From NCBI GenBank assembly GCA_963737265.1, contig CAVTRY010000012.1, forward strand, positions 64,001 through 128,000: a stretch of DNA of 64,000 bases, in the 5' to 3' direction. This document shows, in pieces, positions 1 through 8,796 of this stretch. The DNA comes from an uncultured delta proteobacterium (GTDB lineage: Bacteria > Myxococcota_A > Polyangia > Fen-1088). A program made the position numbers and the translations under genes. How positions within the stretch are numbered: position 1 is the first letter of the stretch; each line of letters begins with the position of its first letter. The notes under the pieces were generated by a model. It was not told the origin of the DNA and did not search any database. It worked only from the letters and a program-made list of their open reading frames with translations.

Positions 1-379
1 TGATCGCGAGATGGCGCAGCAAGTACGGGAATTTCGTATGTTCCGGCGCGGGCACGGTCGTCCGTGGTTTGGGCGCCAGCGCTTCGATGCCCATGATTCG
101 CATCAGTCTCTGCACCCGTTTGCGATTCACCGTCTGCCCCTGTGCCTTTAGCAACCGTGACAGCTTCCGGCTGCCGAATGCTGGCAATTCGAGATGCAGC
201 TTGTCCAGCTCCTTGCAGATGGCCAGATCTTCCTCTGCCATCGGCATCGGCTCCCAGTAGATGCCCGATCTCGCAAGATTCAGCAGCTCGCACTGCCGAC
301 GGACAGATAGGTCGTTGTGGGGCTCGATCATGGCGCGCTTCTCCGTCAGCGAATGCGCGCGAGCCCGCGTGCTAAAAAA
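1..379 (-). CDS. IS3 transposase OrfB (partial, reached by a -1 frameshift)
   Basis: Minus-strand frame with YWEPMP...NRKRVQRLMR; slippery site at the OrfA/OrfB overlap. Confidence 0.8.
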
Positions 380-639
380 TCATTCTCCAGCGTCAGCTGC
401 CCCACCTTGCGCAGCAATTCCGATTCGCGTTCGGCGTTCGCCGATTCCTCTGCATTTGCATGGCCTGGTTCGAAAACCATGGCCAGCCGTGTGACGGCTT
501 CCTTCTTCCACTTGTGAACCAGGTTCGGGTTGATCTTGTATCGGCGCCCGATCTCCACAACCGTTGCCTGCTCCCGCATGGCTTCGAGAGCTACCTGCGC
601 CTTGAAGAGTGCTGTGTGCTTTTGGCGGTTCGTTTTCAT
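346..639 (-). CDS. IS3 transposase OrfA (HTH)
   Basis: RQKHTALFKAQVALEA...LLRKVGQLTLENDFL is typical of OrfA. Confidence 0.9.
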   Translation of the reverse strand: MKTNRQKHTALFKAQVALEAMREQATVVEIGRRYKINPNLVHKWKKEAVTRLAMVFEPGHANAEESANAERESELLRKVGQLTLENDFLARGLARIR

Positions 640-710
640 CGTGTCCTGCCTCGTTGTTGAGGCGGACTACACCTTAGCTCCTGGTCCCATTTTTGGGGTC
701 CACTTCACCC

Positions 711-1998
711 CAGGGTCATCGCATCTAAATCCCGAACGATCTTCGCGGTATAGCCGGCGCACCAGAGAGGAACGTTTTTTGATTGAAGGGCGATATCGTG
801 GCTTGTTCGTAAGTCATGAAGCGAACAACCGTGGCGGAACGAGAAAAGGAAGAGCTGGCGGCATCGATCCTGGAGTACTTCGCGTCGGTGCCGGATCTGC
901 GGGTGGAGCGGACGCGGCACCACGCGCTGACGGACATCCTGATGCTATCGTTGTGTGCCGTGGTCTGTGGTGCTGACTCCTTCTGTGCTATCGAGACCTA
1001 TGGGCGGGCAAGAGAAGCCTGGTTACGAACGTTTATCGGTCTGCGCGGCGGGATTCCCACACACGACACCATCGGGAGGGTGTTTGCAGCCCTGAATCCA
1101 GATGCCCTGGCTGAGAGGTTCCGGCAGTGGATCTTGAGCGTGGCGCGACTCACGAAAGGCGAGGTCGTGGCCATCGACGGCAAGACGCTGCGACGATCCT
1201 TCCAAGAGGCCGGCAGCCACGCTTTCGTCCACATGGTTAGTGCCTGGGCCACCAACAACCACGTGGTTCTTGGGCAGGTCAAGACAGAGGAGAAATCCAA
1301 CGAGATCACTGCCATTCCGCGGTTGCTCAAGCTCCTGAAGATCAAGGGCTGTCTAGTAACTATCGATGCGATGGGCTGCCAGAAGCAGATCACCGCAGAT
1401 ATCCAGGACGCCGACGCGGATTACCTGCTCGCGGTGAAGGAGAACCAACCCACGCTCAGCGCTGAAGTGACGACAATCTTCGCGCATTGTCGTCGCGACC
1501 CGACGGGATTGGACGTGGATTTTCACGAGACACGCGATGTTGGGCACGGACGAACCGAGGTTCGCCGGTGCTGGACCACAAACATGGTCGAGAGCATCTC
1601 CCAGTACCAGGAATGGACGGGTCTGAGCAGCTTGGTATTGATCGAGTCCGAGCGCACGGTCTCGGGGCACACTTCAACCGAGTGCCGCTACTACATCAGT
1701 TCGCGAAAGAACCTCCCAGCAGATGCCGCTCTCGACGCCGCTCGGAAGCACTGGGGAATCGAAAATGAATTGCACTGGGTTCTCGACGTCACTTTCCGTG
1801 AGGACGAATGCCGTGTTCGCGCCGGCAACGCCGCCCAGAACTTTGCAGTGATGCGCCACATCTCACTCAACCTCCTCAAATCAGTCAAAGACTGCAGGCT
1901 CAGCATCAGGCTTCGCCGAATGCGCGCGGCATGGGATCAGGACTTCATTCTGCAAGTCCTCATGGCCCAACCCGATGTGGGATGATGCGATGACCCTG
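711..1998 (+). mobile_element. ISAs1-family IS, complete, 1288 bp
   Basis: TIR CAGGGTCATCGCATC (711-725) and its inverse (1984-1998); 10-bp TSD CACTTCACCC at 701-710 and 1999-2008. Confidence 0.95.
816..1985 (+). CDS. ISAs1 transposase
   Basis: AIDGKTLR, KSNEITAIP, TIDAMGCQK and HWGIENELHWVLDV motifs. Confidence 0.95.
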   Translation: MKRTTVAEREKEELAASILEYFASVPDLRVERTRHHALTDILMLSLCAVVCGADSFCAIETYGRAREAWLRTFIGLRGGIPTHDTIGRVFAALNPDALAERFRQWILSVARLTKGEVVAIDGKTLRRSFQEAGSHAFVHMVSAWATNNHVVLGQVKTEEKSNEITAIPRLLKLLKIKGCLVTIDAMGCQKQITADIQDADADYLLAVKENQPTLSAEVTTIFAHCRRDPTGLDVDFHETRDVGHGRTEVRRCWTTNMVESISQYQEWTGLSSLVLIESERTVSGHTSTECRYYISSRKNLPADAALDAARKHWGIENELHWVLDVTFREDECRVRAGNAAQNFAVMRHISLNLLKSVKDCRLSIRLRRMRAAWDQDFILQVLMAQPDVG

Positions 1999-2005
1999 CA
2001 CTTCA

Positions 2006-2104
2006 CCCCTCGTCCGCGAAGTAAATTCGCGGACTTCACCCCACCTACGGCCGAGCCCTTGGCTCGGCTGCTGAAGAACTGTCCAATTTTTGGACAGTTC
2101 TTCA
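2006..2104 (-). repeat. Truncated copy of the multi-hairpin mini-element found at 13410-13577
   Basis: Reverse complement of 13407-13505 with one mismatch; three hairpins retained. Confidence 0.9.
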
Positions 2105-2599
2105 GTTCTCGCAGGTCCACGGTCCGCTCACGTTCACGGTGGTGGTGCCGCCATAGTACAAAAACACCCCGTCCAGCGTGCCGCTCTTGCCATCGCTGTT
2201 GATGGTGAGGTTCATGTGGGTCCCTGTGCCGCTGTTTATGTAGCTGTGGAGGTTGCCGTCGGTAAGGTACGTCGAATCATCGAAACTGCTCGATGTGTAG
2301 ATCCCCGGAGCGCCGCTGCTGTTGCGGATTATGATCTGCAGCAAGATGTATTTGCTGCTTGTGTCGGCATTGCGGGAGAAATCGATCACGTAGTCGGTAG
2401 TGAACCAGACGCCGCATGAACCAAGCTCGGTAAAGGTGAGGTTCTCGGCGCCAGTGACGACAATATCCGAACCATTGGCGGCGACATGGCCACTGTCAAG
2501 GCCGCCACCGTCGTTGCCCAGGCCGGCACTGTCGGTGCTCCTGCAGCTCGCGCCCAACGAGAATAGTGCCAGGGCAGCCCACATCATGTGTCTTTGCAT
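2102..2599 (-). CDS. Hypothetical lipoprotein
   Basis: Signal peptide with lipobox-like GASC; RBS GGAAGG. Confidence 0.7.
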   Translation of the reverse strand: MQRHMMWAALALFSLGASCRSTDSAGLGNDGGGLDSGHVAANGSDIVVTGAENLTFTELGSCGVWFTTDYVIDFSRNADTSSKYILLQIIIRNSSGAPGIYTSSSFDDSTYLTDGNLHSYINSGTGTHMNLTINSDGKSGTLDGVFLYYGGTTTVNVSGPWTCEN

Positions 2600-3027
2600 G
2601 TCGTTTCCTTCCGTGACGGCGCTGAAAGTACTCGGCCGGTCTGCTCGTGGGCAAGCGACATCGTGTGACAGTTGCGCAACGTTCAGGACCCTTGGTGTCC
2701 GAAAAGTCGTCGCTGGAATTCTGCCATAAATTCGCCGAGATTCGCAGCTTGAATCTGCATGCCTGGACGGCCAAAGTGGCGACCAATGCTACCGTAACCC
2801 GCGAGATCGCCTTTCCGGCGCCCAGGAATCGGCGTCCATGTCGATGACGCAGTGCCGAGAGAGCGACCGTGCCGGCGGCGCCTGGGAAGACGGATCCCCA
2901 TTGCTTGTGCTCCAAATTGGTGATGATGACTGGTGGTGACGGAGGACTTGGATTCGTGGCGACGGTTGGTGATGTTGTAGAGGACGTTAGCGGAGCGGCA
3001 ACCGCGCACTGGCGCCCGGACAAGGCC

Positions 3028-3042
3028 TTTACCTAACTTTAC
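3028..3042. promoter_or_regulatory. CpxR/OmpR-type tandem box TTTAC-N5-TTTAC
   Basis: Exact GTAAA-N5-GTAAA on the minus strand, upstream of the cpxP-like gene and its two-component system. Confidence 0.7.
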
Positions 3043-3123
3043 TTTCGCGCAATACGCCCACAGCATCCGGGCCTCATCTTGAGAACAGACGGAACAAACA
3101 ACCGTCGTCCCAAGGAGGTCCCG

Positions 3124-3645
3124 ATGAACTCGACAGAATCGACAAAGACAACCCATTCGAGGAAACGACACCTGTGGCTGCTTTTGGCGGCCGTGCCCGT
3201 GCTGCTGGGCGCCGGCTTCTGCGCGGCACGTGCGCACGCGGCCGACGCCGGCTTCGGCTACGGTCCGGATGCTTTAGGCGGCACGCCCGAACAGCACAAG
3301 GAATTCATGGAGCACCGGCTCGACAAGATGCTGGGCGTGCTCAAGGCGACCGATTCGCAGAGCGCGGCCGTCAAAGCCATCTTCGAGCGCATGTTCGCCG
3401 AGATGCAACCCGTCCACCAACAGCACAAGCAACTGCACGACGCCATGATCGCCGCCTTCACCGCGAACAGCGTGGACCGCGCGGCCGTCGAGCAGTTGCG
3501 CGTGCAAGCCATTGCGCTGGCGGACCAAGGCTCGCAGGTGTTCAGCAAGGCGCTGCTCGACGCGGCCCAAGTGCTCACGCCCGAGCAGCGGCAAACCCTG
3601 GCCAAGTTCGTCCAGGAACACCACGGCCATCGCCACCATTTCTAA
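3124..3645 (+). CDS. Spy/CpxP-family periplasmic protein
   Basis: Signal peptide, helical body, LTPEQR (LTxxQ) motif; RBS AAGGAGG. Confidence 0.85.
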   Translation: MNSTESTKTTHSRKRHLWLLLAAVPVLLGAGFCAARAHAADAGFGYGPDALGGTPEQHKEFMEHRLDKMLGVLKATDSQSAAVKAIFERMFAEMQPVHQQHKQLHDAMIAAFTANSVDRAAVEQLRVQAIALADQGSQVFSKALLDAAQVLTPEQRQTLAKFVQEHHGHRHHF

Positions 3646-3646
3646 T

Positions 3647-3725
3647 GGGAACCCTGAGAGGGTCCCCAAGCCCTCCCGCGATTGGTCCGCGCCGAGCAAA
3701 GCTCGGCGGCTCCCCACGCGATCCA
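3647..3725. repeat. REP-like double hairpin
   Basis: GGGAACCCT-GAG-AGGGTCCCC and GCCGAGC-AAA-GCTCGGC in the intergenic space. Confidence 0.45.
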
Positions 3726-3791
3726 AGCCAATTTCCTCAACCTGGCCGGACCGGCTATGCTCCCCGCTAGCCGGTCCGGCTCTTTTCAGTC

Positions 3792-4499
3792 ATGCCAGCG
3801 CGTGTCCTTCTCATCGACGACGATGCCCGCCTCGTGGAAATGCTCGGCGAGTATTTGCGCTCGCGCGGCTATCACGTCGAAGTACGCGGCGACGGCGAGT
3901 CGGGCCTGGCGGCGCAGGCACGCGCTGACTTCGACGCCGTCATTCTGGACGTGATGTTGCCCGGCATCGACGGACTGGAAGTCTGCCGCCGCCTGCGCAA
4001 GCGGTCGCAAGTGCCCATCTTGATGCTGACCGCGCGAGGCGACGACATGGACCGTATCATCGGGCTGGAGATCGGCGCCGACGATTACCTGCCCAAGCCT
4101 TTCAACCCGCGCGAGCTGCTCGCGCGCCTGGCCGCGATCCTGCGCCGCGCGCGGCCGACAGTTGGCCAGCCTGAAGATGTGCTGCGTTTCGGGGCGCTGG
4201 AAATCGACCGCGCGGCCCGGGAGGTGCGCGTGCGCGGAGAGCGCCGCGAGCTGACCGGACGCCAATTTAATTTGCTTCTCCTGCTCGCCGAACGCGCCGG
4301 CCGCGTGCAGACGCGCGAACAGATCATGGAAGCGCTCAAGGGCGAGGAGTGGGACAGCGTGGATCGCAGCATCGACGTGCACATTTCCCGCATCCGGCAA
4401 TTGATCGAGGACGACGCCCGACATCCGCGTTTCGTGCAAACCGTGCGCGGCACCGGCTACGTGCTAACGCCGCCGCCAGCCGAACGGGACGAGCCATGA
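3792..4499 (+). CDS. OmpR/CpxR-family response regulator
   Basis: REC domain (IDDD, LDVMLP, KPF) plus wHTH (DRSIDVHISRIR, TVRGTGY). Confidence 0.95.
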   Translation: MPARVLLIDDDARLVEMLGEYLRSRGYHVEVRGDGESGLAAQARADFDAVILDVMLPGIDGLEVCRRLRKRSQVPILMLTARGDDMDRIIGLEIGADDYLPKPFNPRELLARLAAILRRARPTVGQPEDVLRFGALEIDRAAREVRVRGERRELTGRQFNLLLLLAERAGRVQTREQIMEALKGEEWDSVDRSIDVHISRIRQLIEDDARHPRFVQTVRGTGYVLTPPPAERDEP

Positions 4500-5768
4500 C
4501 CCATCGCCTGTATCTGCGCCTCTATCTCGCCTTTCTCGCCATCGTCGTGGTATCGTTGCTGGTGACCGCGACGATGGCGCGCGCCTTTCACGAGCCGGGT
4601 GGAACGGTTTCGCACTTCATCACGCCGCTGGCGCGATCGCTGCGTGTGCACCGTGCCCGGCGTGTGCAAGGGCGAAGCCGCGCGCGGCTTGAGCGAAACT
4701 GCGCGCGTGTTGAACATCGACATCGCGGTCTGGGACGAACAAGGCCGCCAGCTTTTCCAAGAGTCCAAGACTCCGATTTCGCTTCCCGCGGACGCCACGG
4801 CGGGATGGCACCACACCTCGCGCGGCCCGATGTGGCTCATCGACATGGGCGACGGCCGCATGCTGGGCTTGCGCGAGCGCGGCCACTTCGGACCGCGCGG
4901 CCGACTCTTTCTGCCCACGCTCATCGGCCTGGCCTTGGTGATGGCCGTTGGGCTCTACCCGTTAAGTCGCAGCATCACGCGGCGGATCGAGCACCTGGCC
5001 GAGGGCGCGCGGCGCTGGGGCGCGGGCGATCTCGCGCACCGGGTGCCTGTGGTGGGCAAGGACGAAATCGCCTTGCTCGCCGAGCGCTTCAACCAAACCG
5101 CCGCCGCCATCGAGTCCTTGCTTGCGCAAGAGCGCCAGATGCTGGCCACCGCCTCGCACGAGCTGCGCTCGCCACTCGCGCGCGTGCGTATGGCGCTGGA
5201 GCTTCTGGCCGAAGAAGCCGATGCCGTTCGGCGCGCCGAACTCTCTCGCCGCTCGGCCGAGGACATCGCCGAGCTCGATGCCCTGGTCGAGGAGCTGCTG
5301 CTCACGGCACGCACGCAAGCAGCCGTGCCACGACGGCCTTTCACCGAGGTCGATTTGCTCGCCCTGGTGCGCACCGAGACCGAAGAGGTCGGCGCGCAAG
5401 TTGTTGGCGAGCCGACTGTGCTTTCCTGCGAGCCGGCCATGATCAAGCGTATGGTGCGCAACCTCTTGGTCAATGCGCGATTGCATGGCCAAGGCGGCGC
5501 CATTCGCGCGGAGATCCTGCGCAAGGGCTCGCAAGTCCTGATCGCCGTCGAAGACGATGGCCCGGGCGTGTCCGAAAGCGAACGCGAGCGTATCTTCGCG
5601 CCCTTCTACCGCGCGCCCGGCCCGCGGCCGCCCGGCGACACCGGCCTTGGCCTCGGCCTGGCCCTGGTTCGCCAAGTCGCGCGCTACCACGGCGGCGACG
5701 TCGTCTACGTTCCCCGCCAGCCCAAAGGCAGCCGCTTCGAAGTGAGCCTGCCCTTGGCAAGCGGATAG
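4496..5768 (+). CDS. HAMP sensor histidine kinase (frameshift near 4640)
   Basis: ATGA overlap with the regulator; N-terminal TM in one frame, SHELRSPL / N / DDGPG / GTGLGL in the next. Confidence 0.85.
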
Positions 5769-5879
5769 CAGCAGCCTGGCGTCGTCCGCGGCAGGCGCGC
5801 TTGCAACAATGGCTGCGAACTTCGCGCGATGGACACGCGGAAAGCTTGAGTTGGAAGGCATGGGATCGGACGATGCCGT

Positions 5880-6061
5880 AGCCTGCGTAGCCGCCGACGA
5901 GCCGGCCGCCTGGATGCCCTGGAACTACCGCCAAAGCCTAGCCACGCTCGATCCGACCTCAACCTGACTGCAGCGCCAGGCGCCAGCGCCCCTCTCAGGT
6001 CGGGCCGCCAACCCTACGCTGGCATCAACCCGGCGCCTGCGCACGCGTGCCGGAAGGACAC
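5880..6061 (+). mobile_element. IS66-like right-end remnant
   Basis: C-terminal PAAWMPWNYRQ peptide followed by the terminal ...GTGCCGGAAGGACAC. Confidence 0.55.
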
Positions 6062-6282
6062 GGGATGGAGTCGACGTTTACACAGCCAGCGAGAAGCGCG
6101 GCGACGAGCAGACATTTGATTTTCATCTATGCTTCTTAGCGCGAACCGTCCGAGGATCCAGGATCTTCCCATCAGCCGTGCAAGAGGTGGTTGGGCCACG
6201 CGATAGGGTGTAACCCGGCTTCAGACTCGGCATCCAAGCCGAAGCTGCGAGAGAGCTAGGAACATCGCGAAGGAATTCTTTC

Positions 6283-6945
6283 ATGGAGCTAGAACAACGG
6301 GCTGAAGTCTTCATCAGCGTTCACAAGGGATTGCGCCGGGGCCTCGCCGGGCTTGCGCTCGACATTGGCCAGGTGGATTGGGAAGACGATTCCGAGGTGA
6401 AGACCCTCGATAAGAAATTCTCCGACATGCTGCACTTCTTGCGCGAGCACGCCGCCAATGAAGACGAAGTACAGTTTCCCTTCCTGGAAGTGCGGGTTCC
6501 CGACGCAGCGGCCCCGGAGCGGGCGGAACACCGCGAGCTGGAGACCGAGCTCGATGGAATGGAGCGCGACTGGAACGGCATCTTGAGCGACGGAGCGAGG
6601 CGTGAGGCCGGGTACCTCTTCTATTTGGGGTACAACCACTTTCTGTCGGGATACCTGGCCCACATGGATCGCGAAGAGACGCACCTGACGGATCTGTTCT
6701 ATCGGCATTGCTCCGACGCCGAGATCGAGGGCGAGTTCAAGAAGATCATCGCGCGCACCACGCCGCAAGACATGAGCATGATGCTTTCGCACATGCTTCC
6801 AGCCATGAACCCTTGGGAGCGCCGTCAGTTGCTCGCCAAGGTCCGCGCGTCCGCGCCTCCCGAGGTGTTCGGCAAAGTGAAGGGGCTGGCCAAGAACGTC
6901 CTGGCGCCGCGCGATTGGGACAAACTGTCGACGCACCTGGCATAG
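6283..6945 (+). CDS. Hemerythrin-like domain protein
   Basis: HKGLR, HxxxED, H, HMxxEE pattern. Confidence 0.85.
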   Translation: MELEQRAEVFISVHKGLRRGLAGLALDIGQVDWEDDSEVKTLDKKFSDMLHFLREHAANEDEVQFPFLEVRVPDAAAPERAEHRELETELDGMERDWNGILSDGARREAGYLFYLGYNHFLSGYLAHMDREETHLTDLFYRHCSDAEIEGEFKKIIARTTPQDMSMMLSHMLPAMNPWERRQLLAKVRASAPPEVFGKVKGLAKNVLAPRDWDKLSTHLA

Positions 6946-7000
6946 GCCGTGCATGGCGCCGAGTTCCAGAGATCTAACGCGCCAGCCAAACGTGAGCACC

Positions 7001-7141
7001 ATGACTAGCGGTTACGCCGAGGATCTGGTCAAGGAGGATCCGGCCGCGCATAGCTTCAAGGCCAGCCTGCGCAAGCCCTTTGCAATGTCAGACCTGTCGG
7101 AGTTGCTCGAAGAGCACGTTCCACCACGGAGGCCCTGCTAA
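7001..7141 (+). pseudogene. Receiver-domain C-terminal fragment
   Basis: MTSGYAED...LRKPFAMSDL with no N-terminal half. Confidence 0.6.
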
Positions 7142-7190
7142 CTGAGCTAGAGCCGAACATACCGGCGGCCGCTGTCGCGGACCAGGGGAG

Positions 7191-7637
7191 TTATTCGGGA
7201 ATCTCTGCCTCCACCAATTGCGCAAGTAGAACCAGCGATTCTTGCCAGCCGAGGTAGCACATCTCGGTGGGAATCATGGCGGGGATTCCTTCTTGCACGA
7301 TGCCTAACTCGGTTCCGCACGACACCAGCGTGAGGGACACCGTGGTCCGCATTTCGCCTGGCATGTTCGGGTCGTCGAACGTGTCGGTGTAGCAAATTCG
7401 TTCGTTGGGCACGAGCTCCAGATACTCTCCGCCAAACGAGTGACTTTGCCCGGTGGTGAAGTTGGTGAACGACATCTTGTAGGTGCCACCAACCCCGGCG
7501 TCAAGATGGTGGACTTTGCCGGTGAAGCCGTGCGGTGGGAGCCATTTTGCCATGGCATCGGCGTCGAGAAAGGCCCGGTAAATTAGTTCGGGCTTGGCCC
7601 GAATCACTCGGTGGAGTCGAACGGTGCCTGTGGCCAT
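7191..7637 (-). CDS. SRPBCC/AHSA1-family protein
   Basis: VRLHRVI...KWLPPHGF...CYLGWQESL; RBS GGAG. Confidence 0.9.
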   Translation of the reverse strand: MATGTVRLHRVIRAKPELIYRAFLDADAMAKWLPPHGFTGKVHHLDAGVGGTYKMSFTNFTTGQSHSFGGEYLELVPNERICYTDTFDDPNMPGEMRTTVSLTLVSCGTELGIVQEGIPAMIPTEMCYLGWQESLVLLAQLVEAEIPE

Positions 7638-7811
7638 GTTGCTCTCCTTTCGTCCTGAGGCGCGCTTCGAATTGGATCTGCCGAACAGCGCAAAGGTGAC
7701 AGAAAATCCGGCACCGCCCATCGGCAACGACAACGTGATAGGCGCCGAGGACACCGAGAACCAACGGTCTTGACGACGCGATCGCCCTGCGCCTCTCCGG
7801 CCAATTTGTAA

Positions 7812-8756
7812 TTAGACCTGCGCGAAATGCTCGGCGGCCTGGGCGAGCGTGAGGAAGGTCGCACCGGCGGCGTGCGCTTCGGTCAGCGTGGCGTCCAGCG
7901 CCGCCAGCTTGCGCGAAAGGGACACGCGCAAGTCAGGCTGCCGGGCGACCAGCGCGGGCGAAATGCAGTCCGCAGTTGCATCGGCGAGATCGATACCGTG
8001 CAATTCCAGATTGAAATGCGACGTGGTCAGCGCCGAGGCCACCAGGCGGCGGCGAAGCCACTCGGGCGAAATCACGAGCATCGTTCCGATGACGTGCAGA
8101 CGCAAAGCGGGCGTCACGGTCACGGGCAGCTCCATGATAGGCCGATCCCCGCGGCGATAGGGCGCCTGCGCGGCGGGGCGGTATGGCGAGCGAGGCGCGC
8201 CGAGCACGTTCGGGCTGCCGAGGATGCTGCCCGACGCTCGGCCGGTCACGCGAATGGCCGCCATGACCGCCGCCTTGGCGAGATAGTACGGTATCGCCGG
8301 GAACGCCGACGAGTCGTAGCGGTAACCGCGCTCGCACAAGAGATCGATGAGATCGGCCGAGATCTCATAGCCGGGCGCGCGGAAACCAACCGGTGGCTGG
8401 CCGGTGGCGGCCATGATGGCCGCATGGGCGCGGTCGAGCTCGGCGGCGATCTGCTCGCGCCCAAGGCGCACCAGGTTGTAAGGATGGCTGTACGAGTGGC
8501 TGGCAATCTCGTGCCCAGCCTTGGCCAAATCGACGACGATCCGCCTGCCCTCGGCGTCTTCCTCCAAGTCCTGGCCCACCACAAACAGCGTCGCGCGAAT
8601 GCCGTGCTTGGCAAACAGCTCGCCAAGCCGGGGCAGCGCTCGTCGCAAGATCGCGAAGCGAGCATCTCCCGACGGACGCGCGGCAAGGGAGTGAATGCGG
8701 TGGTAACACGCGATTGCGTCTAGATCGACGGAGACTGAAACAAGGGGGGACGCCAC
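7812..8756 (-). CDS. Polysaccharide deacetylase (NodB-like)
   Basis: SVDLD, HEIASHSYSH, GFRAPGY and YDSS motifs. Confidence 0.9.
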   Translation of the reverse strand: MASPLVSVSVDLDAIACYHRIHSLAARPSGDARFAILRRALPRLGELFAKHGIRATLFVVGQDLEEDAEGRRIVVDLAKAGHEIASHSYSHPYNLVRLGREQIAAELDRAHAAIMAATGQPPVGFRAPGYEISADLIDLLCERGYRYDSSAFPAIPYYLAKAAVMAAIRVTGRASGSILGSPNVLGAPRSPYRPAAQAPYRRGDRPIMELPVTVTPALRLHVIGTMLVISPEWLRRRLVASALTTSHFNLELHGIDLADATADCISPALVARQPDLRVSLSRKLAALDATLTEAHAAGATFLTLAQAAEHFAQV

Positions 8757-8796
8757 GGAGGAATCGTAGGCGGCCTTCGCCCAAAGCTCAAGGCCG

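Larger units (their letters stand above)
1..707 (-). mobile_element. IS3-family insertion sequence (left end, runs off the window)
   Basis: OrfA at 346-639 and OrfB running off the start (VNRKRVQRLMRIMGIEA motif); terminal IR TGAAGTGGACCCCAAAAATGGGACC ends at 707; T TTT TTA slippery heptamer at 373-379. Confidence 0.9.

Noticed and set aside
7135-7156. tRNA-like TAGCTCAGTT on the minus strand
   Set aside because: No D-stem closure, anticodon arm, T-arm or acceptor partner; at most a short chance match.
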